The translations under genes were made by a program, and so were the position numbers. A stretch of 64,000 nucleotides of DNA from Octopus sinensis (taxonomy: Eukaryota), in the NCBI RefSeq assembly GCF_006345805.1, contig NC_042998.1, forward strand, positions 29,698,001 through 29,762,000. Reading direction: 5' to 3'. Numbering within the stretch: the stretch's first letter is position 1; each line of letters opens with the position of its first letter. The notes beneath the pieces are model-generated. The model saw only the letters and a program-made list of their open reading frames with translations. It was not told the origin of the DNA and did no database searches. Positions 12,845 to 25,551 of this stretch are shown piece after piece.

Positions 12845-14339
12845 TACGAGGGCCGGCTGAAAGGTTTATAGGCTGGCCAAGATACTTTCATGGAAAGGCG
12901 GCGAGTTGGCAGAAACGTTAGCACGCCAGGCGAAATGCTTAGCGGTGTTTCGTCTGCCCTTACGTTCTGAATTCAAATTGTGCCGAAGTCGACTTTGCCT
13001 TTCATCCTTTCGGGGTCGATAAATTAAGTACCATTTGCGCACTGGGGTCGATGTAATCGACTTAATCCATTTATCTGTCCTTGTTTGTCCCCTCTGTGTT
13101 TAACCCCTTGTGGACAATAAAGAAATAAGATACTTTCATGGTATGTGAGCAAATGAGGTTTATCTTTCAACATAGTCACCCTTGTGGCCCACACAATTCT
13201 TCCATCGGTGTTGCAGTGTTTGGATGCCATTGGTAAAAAGCTTTCATCCCAATCGTAGAAAAACGTCATCAACAGCAGACATGACGTTATCATCACTGTG
13301 ATACTGACACCCACCCAAAACATTTTTTTTCCTGTAGGGGAACAGATGACAGTCAGATGAGAATAACCAGGAGAATAGGGAGGGCAATCAACAAGCTCAA
13401 AGCCAAATCACACACAACAGCGATTGAAACTAAAGATTTATGTTCTGGAGCATTGTCCTGATCAACGAAGACACATTTCGTCAGTTCTCCTGGGCGTTTG
13501 TTCTTGATAGCCTTTCGTAACTGCATCAACAAGTTCACACGATACTCTCTATTGATGTTGCGGCTCCTCTTTAAAGATAGGCAATGGACACAACGCCTTT
13601 TGCATTCCAAATAACTGAGGCCATCACTTTGCCCTGCAGATGAAACGACTTTTGTTTTGTTTGGGGTTGGTGAGGAGCGGGGTTTACAGGGTCTGGATTG
13701 TCTTTTTCACTCTGGCTCAAAGTGATGAACCCAGCATCGCTCATCTTCGTTAAGTAAACCTGCAAGGAAAACAGCTGTATCTGCCTCAGGCAATGTTAGA
13801 TTTTCACATGATGTGATCAGCCTGGTAAATGTCTGATCAGATGTCAGATGTGGAACCCACGAAGCAGAAACCTTCATCTTGTCAGCTTCATTCTGTAGTA
13901 TATTCTAAACTCTCTAACGGGTTATGGCTATTTGATTTATAACCAATCGCCTGTCATCCACCACCATGTAGTGAGCACGGTCAATGTTTACCTCGGCGGT
14001 GGTAGTTGAAGGAGGTCCAAACATTGGGTCAATTTCAACACCTTCCCTTCTTAAATTCAGTTGCCCAGTTTTGAGTTGTTGATAAATTTGTAGCGACATC
14101 CTCTAACGTAGCAATCGTGTCAGCGTGAATGTCCTTGGGGGCTAGACCCTTTCTCTGCTTCAAGAGAAGTCGTTACTAGTTACATTTGAAGTGGTTTTTG
14201 AACAATCAGATGTCAGTTTACGTGGAATTAAACAATACAGTTATTACCTAGATGAGGTACAATTAATACCTTTAAGATTTCAGAGTTCTAGCATCACTCC
14301 TTCATAGTCAACTTATGAACTCTTCAGTCCGCCCTCATG
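12845..14339 (-). mobile_element. Decayed mariner (Tc1/mariner) DNA transposon
   Basis: Imperfect TIRs TACGAGGGCCGGCTGAAAGGTTTATAGG / reverse complement CATGAGGGCGGACTGAAGAGTTCATAAG. Transposase remnants GKVMASVIWNAKGV and LRKAIKNKRPG.LTK.V..DQDNAP.H, with frameshifts and stops. Confidence 0.93.
12895..13126 (+). mobile_element. SINE family A inserted into the mariner
   Basis: Full monomer with a perfect 15-bp TSD AAGATACTTTCATGG (12879-12893, 13127-13141). Confidence 0.95.
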
Positions 14340-14795
14340 TGAGTGGGAAAAGAAAAAGAAGATGGCACCCGAAAAATTTGGCTAGAGTTAGTTATATTTA
14401 CAATAGCAGTTTTAATAACAGGAACTGAATCAACCCCCACATAAGATATAATGTCATATTTGAAATATCTAATGATCGCAATTTAATATCAAATGTTAAT
14501 CTGCAGACAACTTAAAAGATTTAATAATGGGTGAGATTCAATAATGGCAGTTACTGTATCTATCTCAGTAGATAATGCGTTTCGCTGACAGATAATATCC
14601 CAAGAAGCGGTACTTTATACAAGAGTGTTATCTACAATAAGGCACACTAACCGACGTATACTCAACATAAGCTTTTAATTCAAAGTAAGTGTTTAATGTC
14701 CACATAGTTCGAGGATAATAGATTTTGATCTACATCTACTGGTTTTGAAACATTTGGACCGTGAACTATTGACATATACACTTAAAATGTTATAA

Positions 14796-14837
<42 letters not shown>

Positions 14838-15321
14838 ATGGACTTAAGAATAAGAGGTTTCCTACGCATTTACGTGGTTTCGCATTCATCTATGCAACAC
14901 GATTTTAGCCAGTGTCTCCTACTAAACCTCTCGGGATAACCAAATACTTACGAGTGAATTTTGTAAAAGAATACTGGCTAAAATCAGCAGATGAGCCAAC
15001 GGGACAGATGAGGGCAGGATTTAAAACTCCTCCATGCACTAAATGAGCCAACAACCATGAGAAAGAGCAGGAGTGGTGATATGAAAACCACCACCCTGAG
15101 CAAATCAACCAAAGATGGATAATATCTAAAAGTAAAAATCGATGGTGGTTCCCCCTCATGTAAGGCTGAATCAAATAAAATAATAAAAGAGGGTTTGAAA
15201 AATTGACAACAGCTGTTTCGGCATTTTATTGATATATTTTTAGATCGCAACAATGCAAACACCTGACATCGCCAGATATGTTTCAAATATAGAAACAGAT
15301 GAGACAGGAATAGAAGGTTGT

Positions 15322-15538
15322 GACCGCGTGTGTACCGTTGGCGATTTTTTTTCCTCTGTCTTCCCTTCTCTGGATCTTTCCTTCTCCTATGTTTCCGACG
15401 AAGAGCTCCGCTCAAAACGTTAAATCCTCCTTCTTCCCTTCCTTCCTGAGCGTCCAATAATACTATATTTGTTCCACGTCCTCGCGTTGTTGTGTTTTCT
15501 CTTTGTGTTTTCATGTTTGGATTAACTATATATATACA
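15322..15538 (+). mobile_element. Penelope-like terminal repeat module with a degenerate hammerhead (15391-15425, G12A)
   Basis: Same family as 24563-24770 (reverse orientation): GTTTCCGACGAAGAGCTCCGCTCAAAACGTTAAAT; the 3' end abuts (TA)n. Confidence 0.8.
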
Positions 15539-15558
15539 TATATTAGTCTTAAAAAAGA

Positions 15559-15664
15559 ATATTAACATTGACTTCGAAGTTTCGGCCAAGTAAACCATCG
15601 TCGGATTGCTTAGCCGATCCAACGACGGCTTAACTAGCTGAAACTTCGATGTCACTGTTAATAA
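15559..15664. repeat. Imperfect ~105-bp palindrome (MITE-like foldback)
   Basis: TATTAACATTGACTTCGAAGTTTCGGC...ATTG / CGAT...GCTGAAACTTCGATGTCACTGTTAATA arms of ~50 bp. Confidence 0.85.
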
Positions 15665-16329
15665 TATATTTGATTAAGTGAAAATTTGGTACTCTACAAA
15701 AGAATAGACTAACCTATATTAAATTATGTATGTCCTGGTATATTACGTGTCTATGTGCACTCGCGCAAGTGTGCAGCATCGGATACGTAGCCAGCGTAAG
15801 GTCGGATAGAATTCCTTGTGTTATTTGTTCTAACTCTCTCTATTCTGAGTTCAATCCGCGTAAGAATTAACATTTAATTTTCATCATTTCAGGGTCTACA
15901 AATAAACCACTTGTCCATTACATAGCCCCTTCCTTCAGTCTCTCCCTGCCGTGCAGTGCGACTGTACCCGAAACAGATTATAGTAGATTTTGGGACGCTA
16001 GCAACTGAAACAGAGATGGAAAGTGATGCAGCGGAGGGCGAAATGCCAGATACAGCTTCGAGGTCGGAAATAAAGAACCATAATTATGATAACTAAGCGC
16101 TTGAATTATGGTTATGGGAAGATAATCAGGCATTGCAAACCCCCTCTCTTCTTGTTGCGGGCTTACTCTCTCCATCCCTCAATCTCTTTTACCTCACTTT
16201 CTTTTATCTCCCTCTTAATTTTTCTTTCCATTTGATCGCAAAGTCACGCTAATATTTTGTCCATTTAGAAATGTTTATTGCTCAATAACTACCTCTAAAA
16301 CTCCTGTCCTTCATCTATCTTTAGCTCAC

Positions 16330-16629
16330 TCCCCGCTCTCTCTCCCTCACACACATACACTCACTCTCCCTCACACAAACTCTCACTCTCTCTGTTTCTC
16401 TTTCTCACTCTCTCTGTCTGTCTGTATCTCTCATACTCTCTCTCTGTCTGTCTCTCTCTTTCTCTCACACACACACTGTCTCTCTCTCTCTCTCTCTCTC
16501 TCTCATTGCCTTGCTCACTCTCTCACTTTACCGCTGTCTGTTGGTTTGTCTTCTCTCTCTCTCTCTCTCTCTCTCACACATACTCTCATTCACTCTATCT
16601 CTCGCTCACTCTCTCACTCTGTCTGTCTG

Positions 16630-16677
<48 letters not shown>

Positions 16678-16800
16678 ACACACACACTCTCTCTCTCTCA
16701 TTTCCTCGCTCACTCTCTCACTCTGCCTTTGTCTGTTGGTGTGTCTTCTTTCTCTCTCTTTCTCTCTCTACCTTTCTATCTTTCTCTCGATCCCAGTTTC
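16330..16800. repeat. (CT)n/(CA)n polypyrimidine low-complexity tract
   Basis: Direct sequence; explains the SL/LS-rich ORFs. Confidence 0.95.
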
Positions 16801-17586
16801 TTCCACTTTTCCATCCTCCATCTCTTTACATCCCTTCTCCCACCCTCCCACCCTCCCGTCCTCCCATCTTTTTCTAGATCGTTTCTTCCTTCCTGTTCTT
16901 CCCACTTAAAATCTAACCATTCCTGCAAAACCCGATCTGCCTTCTCGTAATTCTAATTCTCTTACCTAATGATTTCCTCTTCATTTTAATCTTGAAAATG
17001 TTTACCTGTCACTCCACTCCACTCCACTTTCTCCTTATTCTCTTCAATGGCTAACGTCCAACAATCCACAATTTTATTGCTTCTTTGCGTTACATAATAT
17101 TTATAGTCATCTCTGAATTGTATTGTCTAACTCTACTCGAAAGAATTTCACAGTTTAATGTCCTTAGTCAATCGTATGTTCAGTTTGTCTTAGCCATTTA
17201 CGCCTACGTTTAATTAGGTCGACGGTCTTAAATATTTGTTGTAGTTATCTTGTCGTATTTGTTTGTTTTGCAGTCTCATGGTCACATTCTCTTACAGTAA
17301 TCTTTAATCTTGGTATTATTCCCAAGTGACATTAATTGCGGTCAGTCTGAAGTGAAGAAACGTTATTGAAGATATACGCGATATTGTCTGGACCATCGGC
17401 GAGCAGCTGCTGAGGCAGGACTGCTGTTTCTTTCTTACGTGTCTTTTGTTCATTGTACTAATCTTCGCTTAATTTCTATTGTAATACATCCGTTCAAATA
17501 AACATTCGTGCGTTCATACGTGCATAAATGAAACAACACACGCACGTACACACACACATGCACAGAGACGTGCATGCACTCACACA

Positions 17587-17622
<36 letters not shown>

Positions 17623-17707
17623 ACACACACACACACGCAACAAGCCAGCTGCAGAACTACGTTGATTAATTATTAATAATAATTTTCGATCTTTTCCCGT
17701 TTTGGCG

Positions 17708-17910
17708 GGCGGCGAGCTGGCACGCTGAGCAAAATGCTTTGGGGCATTGCCCCCGTCTTCACGTCCTGAGTTCAAATTCCGCCGAAGTCCACTTTGCCTT
17801 TCATCCTTTCGGGGCCTATTAAATAAGTACAAGTTGAACGCTGGGGTCGATGTAATCAACTTACGCTTCCCCAAAATTGCTGGCCTTGTGGCAAAATTTG
17901 AAACCAGTAA
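17708..17910 (+). mobile_element. SINE family A monomer, tail-2 type
   Basis: Head, B-box, central domain, CCCAAAATTGCTGGCCTTGTG tail. Confidence 0.85.
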
Positions 17911-18400
17911 TGTTCAGTCCTTTTATCTTCTCTCATTTGGTCTGTGTGTAGCTTCAGTTTTGTTGGGTGTTCCCAAACCAAATTTTCCAGTGTGATATCT
18001 CTTCATAAACATCGCTCTCATAGTAACCTTCAAGTAAAAGACAAGAGAGCATCGTAGAACGGAAATCCAGTGCCTTCTTATCAATATTCTGACACGATTC
18101 TGCTTCTTTCATCATATCAATGAAAATGAGAACAAAAATAAAAGGATGTTTTTCTTCACTTTTACCGACATATTTCATTTCCTCGTTACCACGCCTGGTA
18201 AAATACTCAACCGTTTTCCCTCCGGTTTCACATTCTGGATTCAAATGCCGACGAGGTCTACATCGTCTTTAGTCCTGTCAAGGGGTCTATAAAATAAGGA
18301 CCAGTTAATAACTAAGAGGGTCGAGAAAGGCTCGTTCATAATTCACTCCAAATGTTATTCTGAGCATGAAACAAATTTTGTTAGTACACAGAAAATGGTG

Positions 18401-18632
18401 GAAGCGCATGGCTTAGTGGATAGGGTGTCAGCACCATGATCGTAAGATTGTGGTTTCGGGCGACGCGTTTCTTGAGCAAAACACTTCATTTCACGTTACT
18501 CTAGTTCACTCAGCTGGCAAAAATGAGTAATGCTGCGATGGACTGGCGTCCCATCCAGCTGCAGAACACATACGCCACCGAAACCGGGAAACTGGACCCA
18601 TGAGCCTGGCTAGGTTTTAAAAGGGTGCATTT
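18401..18632 (+). mobile_element. tRNA-derived SINE family D
   Basis: GCGCATGGCTTAGTGG A-box; TTCTTGAGCAAAACACTTCATTTCACGTT..CAGTTCACTCAGCTG core shared with 24230, 34962 and 57886. Confidence 0.85.
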
Positions 18633-19337
18633 ATTTATTATTTTTATACAGAAAATTGACAGAATTCGTTATTTTAGCAGTAACTGCAAAATGTTGAAGA
18701 CTTCATGTGACGCATAAAACTTACATTTAACCAGCACCGACATTTCCATTTTAAGTTCAGGGAAATTCGCCAACTTCCAGTACGATACTCGAATGAAACT
18801 ATAGCTTGGATGTAATGTAATATAAAATATATTTATGGTTGGTTACTTTCGGATTGAACCGTAAATAGCTGGATACATTTAAACTCAGAACTGCCGAGGC
18901 TGGAAAGAGTAAGTGGAATGCAAACCTGAACACAAACTATTATTCGAACGAAATAAAATCAGACACAAGTATATGTTTTTTTTCTTCTTTTTATGATATC
19001 AATAAATATAAACTTCAAAGAGGCTGACGTAATATTTGCCAGACCATCTTGTGACGTACATTTATTTGTGCTTCTCTGATGAATAAAATCTGAACATAAT
19101 TGGATTAGCAGCATTAGTTTCAAACTTCCATCAAGCTTTGAAAATAACCCTTTACAACATCTAGATATTGTATAATCTAAAGTGTATAATTGATTTAGAA
19201 TCGTTTAACAAATATTTCCTCATGGGAATAACGTTCACTTCCTACTCATTATGAACTGGACTCATTATATTCTATCACTGACTATCTAAACTTGAAATAA
19301 TTGCTAAAATAGAAAAAAATTATGTAATACGAAAGTC

Positions 19338-19708
19338 GTGGCAGTCCGTCGATTACGACGACGAGGGTTCCAGTTGATCCGATCAACGGAACGGCTTACT
19401 CGTGAAATTAACGTGCAAGTGGCTGAGCACTCCACAGACACGTGTACCTTTAATGTAATTCTCAGAGAGATTCAGCGTGACACAGAGTGTGACAAGACTG
19501 GCCCCTTTGAAATACAGGTACAACAGAAACAGGAAGAAAGAGTGAGAGAAAGTTGTGGTGAAAGAGTACAGCAGAGTTCGCCACCACCCTCTGCCGGAGC
19601 CACGTGGATCTTTAGGTGTTTTAGCTCAAAAAACACTCACAACGCCCGGTCTGGGAATCGAAACTGCGATCCTATGACCGCGAGTCCGCTACCCTAACCA
19701 CTGAGCAT
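19338..19708 (-). mobile_element. tRNA-derived SINE family C (tail type 1)
   Basis: CAGTGGTTAGGGTAGCGGACTCGCGGTC head; tail ...CCCTCGTCGTCGTAATCGACGGACTGCCAC, as at 50171. Confidence 0.9.
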
Positions 19709-19934
19709 CTCCGCGTAATTTGAAAGTAGTAAGTAGCGGAAGCAAGTGTGTGGTTGCGGAGCCACTAATCGCAGAGAATATACTGTGCTCTAAGGTTTAT
19801 AAAATGCAAATTAATGTGAAATACATTAAAACTAAATACATACATTCGTATATTATGACTGTATGATTTAACTTCATTATTACCACAAATACTACACGAC
19901 TTCAGTAAAAACTGGTCGGTTTTGACTCCAATTA

Positions 19935-20095
19935 TACGGATATTCTAATTAGGATTTGGCACAGTTTGTTACATTTGACTCGCGCCGAAAATTCTGGAAC
20001 TGTGCACTGGAACGTCATCAGTCGGTCATAGCTCTTCACCATTTGGTTAATGCGTTTCATGGAAGTTCCTCATTGGTGTTCTGTAGAGGTTGAGA
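19935..20095 (+). pseudogene. L1/Tx1 ORF2 fragment
   Basis: LERHQSVIALHHLVNAFHGSSSLVFCRG is homologous to the inverted fragment at 21836-21915 (differences mostly at third codon positions) and to WHRECH..KAFYRG of the Tx1 at 8270. Confidence 0.6.
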
Positions 20096-20099
20096 GTAA

Positions 20100-21045
20100 C
20101 AGGATAACGGAAGGCGGGGACAGTGGCAGAAACATCAGCTCTCATGCCAATGACAACGGTACCAAGGCCACAGCCAGAGAGGACGACCAGACCGATACAA
20201 GCAGCACCGAGGAAGTAACCGGACCCATACCGTACATTACCAGTAACGGCACCCACAACAGCACCGGTAGCAACAACGCCAACCCTATGGCTACAGACAA
20301 CCAGGAAGGGGATAAGAACCACAGCGACAACTGACACCACCGGACCAGCGCGCCATAATGACAGCAACACTGACGGCTGCGCCGACAACACCGGTGGCAA
20401 CAACAACATCTCTGAACCTGGTACCAACCAGAGATACACCAGGAATACGAACAAAACCAGCACCCAAGCTTGTAAATACATTGGATCGACCAGCACAGCC
20501 TTTAAGCAACGCTTCTATAACCACTGGTCATCGCTGACCAGCCAAGTGTGACACCTTAAAAATCAAGGGACCCAATATAATATCAGGTGGAAAAATCTTA
20601 GAATAGCCGAGCCCCTACACTTATGGGAGCGGGCGCTGCAAGATTTGCATCACTGAGCAAGCCAGAATACTTAAAGAAATACTCAAGAAATATTCAAACA
20701 ATACATCCGTTTCAAGCGCTGCCTGCTGCAAAAGTGAAATTCGCCGTTCGCTGATTAAACTCGTAAGAGTCACCGCGATATGTTAGCAGACCACGAGATA
20801 GATCCCTATTCCCAATATTGGCTAGTCTAGGGGAGACAACCCGTCCTCGTTAACGCAGGAACTTTCTTTCCCTGGTGGCCGTTTGACCAATTGGCGGTAA
20901 CATTTGTCCACCTCCGAGGGGTGAAGAGTTAAGCTTGTCTTTGTATAGAGTATGATGATCTGTCCACAAGGCTGCAGCTTTCGTGGGTGCAAGACCATTG
21001 GTCACACTATGACCAAACTGAAACTTCAGTGATTTAATATATATA
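20100..21045 (+). mobile_element. Penelope-like element 3' fragment (GIY-YIG endonuclease pseudogene plus 3' region)
   Basis: KYIGSTSTAFKQRFYNHWSS...LKNQGTQYNIRWK.LR.AEPYTYGSGRCKICITEQARIL, with one stop and one frameshift; ends at (TA)n. Confidence 0.82.
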
Positions 21046-21059
21046 TATATATATATATA

Positions 21060-21419
21060 CTTTTTTACTTGTTTCAGTCATTTTACTGTGGCCATGCTGG
21101 AGCACCGCCTTTAGTCGAGCAAATCGACCTCAGGACTTATTCTTTGTAAGCCAAGTACTTATTCTATCGGTCTCTTTTACCGAACCGCTAAGTTACGGGG
21201 GACGTAAACACACCAGCATCAGTTGTCAAGTAATGATGGAAAGACAAACACAGACACACATACATACATATATATATACGACGAGCTTCTTTCAGTTTCT
21301 CTCTACCAAATCCACTCACAAGGCTTGGGCTGGCCCGAGGCTATAGCAGAACACACTTGCCCAAGGTGCCACGCAGTAGAACTTAACCCGGAACCTTACC
21401 ACACAGCCACTCCAACGCC

Positions 21420-21420
<1 letters not shown>
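21060..21420 (-). mobile_element. SINE family B
   Basis: Matches 10412 copy in reverse; part of the head is deleted. Confidence 0.9.
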
Positions 21421-21454
<34 letters not shown>

Positions 21455-21461
21455 ATGTATT

Positions 21462-21495
<34 letters not shown>

Positions 21496-21619
21496 TGTAT
21501 GTATGTATGTATGTATGTATGTATGTTTGTATGTATGTATGTATGTATGTATGTATGTATGTATGTATGTATGTATGTATGTATGTTTGTATGTATGTAT
21601 GTATGTGTGTGTGTGTGCA

Positions 21620-22090
21620 TCTCGAGCGTGTTTAGATGAGGGCACTTTCATGCCTGTGGAGTTTATTTCGAACTGGATATACCCTCGGTAGCAAGGCCAG
21701 AGCAGGTCGGGGATTTATGGAAATTATCCATGGACCGATGCTTCTCCGGAATACTCGCTAGTTGTTTTGCTTCAGCGCTCAGTGATTCCCCGAAAGCGTC
21801 ATCGTTTATGCCCGACACTAACACCTCCCCCCACCATAGAACACCAATGAGGAACTTCCATGAATTGCATTAACCAAATGATGAAGGGCTATGACCGATT
21901 GATGACATTCCAAATGCCAGCCACCTTGTCTTAGTCTTTGTTTCACCCAGCACTTCAACACAGTCAAAGAGACGAGCTGTAGAATTACCTGCCTCATAGG
22001 CGAAGACGCCTTTTGACCGTCAAGGAATTGCTGGAAATATTACGTTCCCAGTCAATGCCATGTCCAGTCCTTCAGTCAACCAGCGTCAAT
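21620..22090 (-). pseudogene. Degenerate L1/Tx1 ORF2 fragment
   Basis: GGWHLECHQSVIALHHLVNAIHGSSSLVFY and ALALLPRVYPVRNKLHRH resemble the GEWHRECH and SLAWQCYR*ALPVRDKLCRH segments of the Tx1 at 7714. Confidence 0.65.
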
Positions 22091-22100
22091 AGTTAACAGT

Positions 22101-22265
22101 GGCGCAGGAGTGGCTGTGTGGTAAGTAGCTTGTTTACCAACCACATGGTTCTGGGTTCAGTCCCACTGCATGGCACCTTGGGCAAGTGTCTTCTACTATA
22201 GCCTCGGGCCGACCAAAGCCTTGTCAGTGGATTTGGTAGACGGAAACTGAAAGAAGCCCGTCGTA

Positions 22266-22309
<44 letters not shown>

Positions 22310-22533
22310 TGTGTGTGTTTGTGTGTTTGTGTTTGTCCCCCTAGCATTGCTTGACAACCGATGCTGGTGTGTTTATGTCCCCGTTACTTAGCGGTTCGGC
22401 AAAAAGAGAGCGATAGAATAAGTACTGGGTTTACAAAAAGAATAAGTCCCGGGGTCGAGTTGCTCGATTAAAGGCGGTGTTCCAGCATGGCCGCAGTCAA
22501 ATGACTGAAACAAGTAAAAGAGAGAAAAGAGAG
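22101..22533 (+). mobile_element. SINE family B, full length
   Basis: Head, CORE-like stretch, internal (TA)n, tail. Confidence 0.93.
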
Positions 22534-24229
22534 TGGACAGCGGAAGAACAGGCGCTCCAGCTTGGTCAGACGTGAACTGGACGATTCCAGACAACTAGGC
22601 GGAAATATAAGACGGATGTGCTATAAGGATTTCAACATTGATCATCCCATATTTTAGGGCAATATTTCTCTTCACATAAAGAGTGTCCTGGTTATTTTAT
22701 TTATGTGGAATAGTGTTAAATTCAGATGTTATAGTCGGTTCATTCAAACTTTATTTAATTCGTACTGGTTCCCATTCTGATGATAAAGGAAAGAGGGAAA
22801 TATAAAGTCGATTATTTTAGATGTAAGCAACTTACTTCTCAGTATATTTAGTTCAGACTTTAATATATCCACCAAGTCAGAATTTCTAATAAAACAAATG
22901 AATAACAATTTTCCTCAACAATTCTATATTGTATACGCATTGCGATAAAGCAATGCGATGTATCAGTAATTTCTATAAATTCCAATAACTCTATCATTGA
23001 TCTATCTTTATAATTTCAACGCTGTATCCCTCACCCAAATCTCTAGTCATGTGCCAATGTTAGAAATCAATCTAGTACTAACAAAAGTAATTATTAACTA
23101 TTGATTTTGTATTTTATATAATTGTCTTAGAAATAAAATGAAATACATTTTCAGTGCGTAAACTGTAATTCAAGAGAACAACATTATTCGCAAGTGTAAT
23201 CTATTTCGTAATACGTGAGAGCAACCTGTCCCAGAACTGTTGCAGTATATATGAACGTCATAATTCCGAGAGTGTTAGCGGCGTTTTGCCTTGTTCTTCC
23301 TTGTTTTAGTGCTTGAAAAGCTATTGCGGCATCAGTATTCATAAAAATCGATCTTCAATTTATTATTATTTATTTTTCGTTAGAAGAATACGTTAGTCGA
23401 AAACAAGTGGCCCACTTTCTCTTCTGCTACTGCATTGTTGCATAACCATCATAATATTGATGCATTTATTGAAATAAACAAATCCTACATTTATTCTAGA
23501 ATAATTTTTCTCATCTGGTTGCGCGTCTGTGAAAACGAAAGTGTTGCCGCAAAGTTCAAACAGCGATCTTCACTCGACAAGCCACGCACCCTCAGGGGGT
23601 CACTTCCAAAGCATGCCACCAGCATCAACATTTCTGGGAAACAGGGATAGTCCGGAGACTGAATATGTAAGAATTTTCACCAGAAACCAGCGGGAAAGGG
23701 TATTTGTTCCTTATCAGCACATATTTAGTCACCTTTCGCGTCTGTACGTGGCAAGCAGCGACTTGGCTTTATGACTGGACGAGGTTATATCTAGTTATTT
23801 ATGCAACGAGATCTGGTGCAAGCCCTTCATTTCCCCGTTGCTGTGGTTTACCCCTCTACAATGAAGCCCTTCTTTCTCTTACATATCAGAGCCTGCATAT
23901 AGTAGAGAGTGAATGGCCGAGAAGCTAGCTGTCTCTCGAGTATTCTCGAGTATAGTTATTAGCGAAAGCGTGGTACATGATTTCAAGTCGTACTCATTCG
24001 CAGGTAAGGATAAGGTGAGCTTTTTATTGGTGTAGTTTGGTTGAATATTAAAGACGACTGCTTCGAGATAACGATGATTATGTAGCACTGTGAACATGTG
24101 TCATTTTCTATACCTTCGAGTCCATGCAAGTCTTGTCACATATGTCACTCTGGCTCTATTTTGTTAAAGGTCCACGTGTCTTTAGAATACTCAGGCATTT
24201 ACATCTTAAATCAACTGAGTTATATCCGA

Positions 24230-24520
24230 GGGCTCACAGCTTAGTGGTTAGGGTTTTGCACTCGTAATCGTGAGATCGAGGTTTCAATTCTTAGACCGGC
24301 AGGTGCGTTAAGATCTTGAGCAAAACACTTCATCTCACGTTGCTTTGTGATCTGACACTTCGACACCTGGTTTGTGTTACTCTGCGCACCTGTTCAGGCA
24401 ACGTAAACTTGAGGGAGGGACGGAGTAAGCTAATGTACCACACGTACAATTGATCACTATAAACAAGTCATTTGTGCAGGTTATTCAACAAAAATTGAAC
24501 ACTTATACGTCGTCTTCGAT
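24230..24520 (+). mobile_element. SINE family D variant (diverged)
   Basis: GCTTAGTGGTTAGGG A-box, GGTTTCAATTC B-box, TCTTGAGCAAAACACTTCATCTCACGTTG core. Confidence 0.75.
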
Positions 24521-24663
24521 AAAAGATTCCGTCATTTGATATATATATATATATATATATATAGTTAATCCAAACATGAAAACACAAGAGAAAACACAAC
24601 AACGAGAGGACGTGGAACAAATATAGTATTATTGGACGCTCAGGAAGGAAGGGAAGAAGGAGG

Positions 24664-24698
24664 GTTTAACGTTTCGAGCGGAGCTCTTCGTCGGAAAC
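24664..24698 (-). ncRNA. Minimal hammerhead motif (U4C variant), copy 1
   Basis: GUUU-CCGACGA-A-GAGC ucc GCUC-GAAA-CG-UU-AAAC. Confidence 0.65.
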
Positions 24699-25167
24699 AT
24701 AGGAGAAAGAAAGATCCAGAGAAGGGAAGACAGAGGGAAAAAAATCGCCAACGGTACACACGCGGTCACATATATATGTATGAAACACTCCTGTCACAAC
24801 CTGGGACCTTGAAGACTGCTTTAATGCAAGAAAGTTTACTAGTCCCTTAATATTTTATATTCAATATTTCATCTATTCAATAAGACAATCAATACTTCAT
24901 TTCATTTTACTATATGTGTTTTTTATACTATATATTCTATATTCTACATTAATATTAATGTTTTATTAATAAATAAAACATAAAAACAGACAGAGTTGGA
25001 ATTTCTTCGAATAATACATATCCCTCTATACACAATCATACGAACCCCTTTAATATATATATATATAGTTAATCCAAACATGAAAACACAAGAGAAAACA
25101 CAACAACGAGAGGACGTGGAACAAATATAGTATTATTGGACGCTCAGGAAGGAAGGGAAGAAGGAGG

Positions 25168-25202
25168 GTTTAACGTTTCGAGCGGAGCTCTTCGTCGGAA
25201 AC
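25168..25202 (-). ncRNA. Minimal hammerhead motif (U4C variant), copy 2
   Basis: Identical to copy 1, 504 nt away. Confidence 0.65.
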
Positions 25203-25551
25203 ATAGGAGAAAGAAAGATCCAGAGAAGGGAAGACAGAGGGAAAAAAATCGCCAACGGTACACACGCGGTCACATATATATGTATGAAACACTCCTGTCA
25301 CAACCTGGGACCTTGAAGACTGCTTTAATGCAAGAAAGTTTACTAGTCCCTTAATATTTTATATTCAATATTTCATCTATTCAATAAGACAATCAATACT
25401 TCATTTCATTTTACTATATGTGTTTTTTATACTATATATTCTATATTCTACATTAATATTAATGTTTTATTAATAAATAAAACATAAAAACAGACAGAGT
25501 TGGAATTTCTTCGAATAATACATATCCCTCTATACACAATCATACGAACCC

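Noticed and set aside
15195-15270. Minus-strand GCC-GAAA-CAGCUG-UU-GUC with a palindromic stem III
   Set aside because: The 5' half of the core is not recognisable; at most a decayed remnant.
14984-15655. 223-aa ORF and the duplicated 72-aa ORFs at 24632 and 25136
   Set aside because: Antisense read-through of the non-coding PLE terminal module and neighbouring repeats.
20990-21035. GGTCA-cacta-TGACC hairpin followed by CTGAAACTTCAGTG at the PLE 3' end
   Set aside because: It could not be folded into a valid hammerhead by eye.
23400-23900. Possible degenerate L1/Tx1 APE endonuclease on the minus strand (LHCRGVN…LDI…GTNTLSR)
   Set aside because: Catalytic motifs (QET, GDFN, SDH) are not recognisable; too weak without a profile search.
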